Positions 63,033-64,000 of a stretch of 64,000 nucleotides of DNA are shown piece after piece. The translations under genes were made by a program, and so were the position numbers. The stretch comes from Candidatus Poribacteria bacterium (GTDB lineage: Bacteria > Poribacteria > WGA-4E > UBA9662), in assembly GCA_046582655.1 (NCBI GenBank), contig JAYGDX010000280.1, positions 32,001 through 96,000 of the forward strand. Reading direction: 5' to 3'. The notes below the pieces were generated by a model. That model was given only the letters and a program-made list of their open reading frames with translations, made no database searches and was not told where the DNA came from. Every line of letters begins with the position of its first letter. Position 1 is the first letter of the stretch.

Positions 63033-63884
63033 ATGAAAATTATAAGAGACTTATTTAAGTACCATCTATCGTTCCGTTTTGGTGCCATTATTTTTCTACT
63101 CATCCTCCTGCTGGCGACACTTTCTTTTTTTTCACCCCATGAGGCAGCGAAGCGTCGCGTAGTACCTAAGAATGAAGCACCATCTTTTGACCATATATTT
63201 GGCACCACATCCTTGGGACAGGATGTTTTCTGGATATTGACATTTGCTATTAGGAACACGCTTATAATTGCTGGTCTGGCCGTACTGATTAGCAGATCAA
63301 TCGCGGTGATTTTAGGATCTTTTTCCGGGTATGTAGGAGGAACAACCGACAGGATATTGCAGTCTATCGTCGACAGCTTTATCGTTATCCCCCGATTGCC
63401 TCTTTTAATTCTTATCTCTTTTGTTTTAAAGGGAGAATTGAGTTTCTTGCATTTAGCCTTGATTTTAGGATTCCTTGATATCGCCTGGCCCTCTAAACGC
63501 TATCGATCCCAAATCCTTAGTTTACGCGAACAGGAATTCACCTATACAGCAGTTTTCTCAGGCATGAATACATTTAAAGTCATTCTAAAAGAGCATTTCC
63601 CATTTTTTATTCCTTATCTGCTGGCCGACGCAGTCAGCGGGTTTCTATGGGCGATTGGAATTGAAATCACGCTGGCGGTTCTGGGGCTATGTGACCTGAC
63701 AACCCCAACTATTGGCACCATGATCTATTGGGGAAATTACTATCAAGCACTATTGATGCAAAGATTCTGGGTGCTAGCGGCACCAGTTGTTACTTCTATA
63801 TTCATTGTAGTTGCATTTCATTTAATCTCAACAAGCCTCAGTGAATACCTTGATCCTCGGACAAGATTGAAGCGTTTGGGATAG
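63033..63884 (+). CDS. ABC transporter permease (DppC/OppC type)
   Basis: PSFDHIFGTTSLGQDVF, GYVGG..D, RSQILSLREQEF, LAVLGL, LDPR. Confidence 0.93.
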   Translation: MKIIRDLFKYHLSFRFGAIIFLLILLLATLSFFSPHEAAKRRVVPKNEAPSFDHIFGTTSLGQDVFWILTFAIRNTLIIAGLAVLISRSIAVILGSFSGYVGGTTDRILQSIVDSFIVIPRLPLLILISFVLKGELSFLHLALILGFLDIAWPSKRYRSQILSLREQEFTYTAVFSGMNTFKVILKEHFPFFIPYLLADAVSGFLWAIGIEITLAVLGLCDLTTPTIGTMIYWGNYYQALLMQRFWVLAAPVVTSIFIVVAFHLISTSLSEYLDPRTRLKRLG

Positions 63885-63895
63885 GAGGATAGTTT

Positions 63896-64000
63896 ATGTC
63901 GATGATTGCCGAAGCTAAACATCTTAAAGCTTACTATATCACCCAATCTTATGGCGTTGAACGTACTGTCAAGGCTGTTGATGATATTTCCATTGGAATT
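63896..64000 (+). CDS. ABC transporter ATP-binding subunit (DppD/OppD type), 5' fragment
   Basis: AGGAGG RBS; MSMIAEAKHLKAYYITQSYGVERTVKAVDDISIGI, truncated by the window end. Confidence 0.8.
   Translation, partial: MSMIAEAKHLKAYYITQSYGVERTVKAVDDISIGI

Noticed and set aside
1..64000. CRISPR array, tRNA or rRNA
   Set aside because: No regularly spaced repeats or recognisable RNA-gene signatures seen by eye. The repeats found are coding (TPR, FG-GAP, WD40, paralogs). A covariance scan was not possible.

Overview
A 64 kb bacterial chromosomal segment of moderately low GC with about 50 CDS. I found no rRNA, tRNA, CRISPR array or intact mobile element. The gene content suggests Candidatus Poribacteria (inference): six PhyH-family Fe(II)/2OG dioxygenases, LamG and discoidin proteins ending in an AV(D/E)PxxKxxTxWxxIK-like tail, NYPNPFNPETWIP FlgD-Ig tails, a dockerin-tagged FGE-like protein and a PSD1/DUF1501 pair. 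Housekeeping genes include hslUV, an isolated mraY, maf, a PpiD/SurA-like chaperone, mqnD, rfaE2 and iolG. The most interesting observations are: (1) a short C-terminal motif shared by four exported proteins of three domain types, a candidate sorting signal; (2) two PhyH paralogs with His-Gly-Gly in place of the HxD iron triad, which bracket a cytochrome c PSD1/DUF1501 module; (3) a 43.7-49.8 kb cluster of secreted Cys-rich discoidin, FG-GAP and di-haem proteins, whose discoidin domain recurs in circularly permuted form inside the PSD1 protein; (4) a near-consensus sigma-28 promoter upstream of a small acidic YjfB-like gene; (5) a HAD-GDPD fusion overlapping iolG. Three exported-protein genes carry single lesions (a stop or frameshift), and there is a decayed IS5-family remnant. 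All family calls come from motif recognition by eye; no database search was run.
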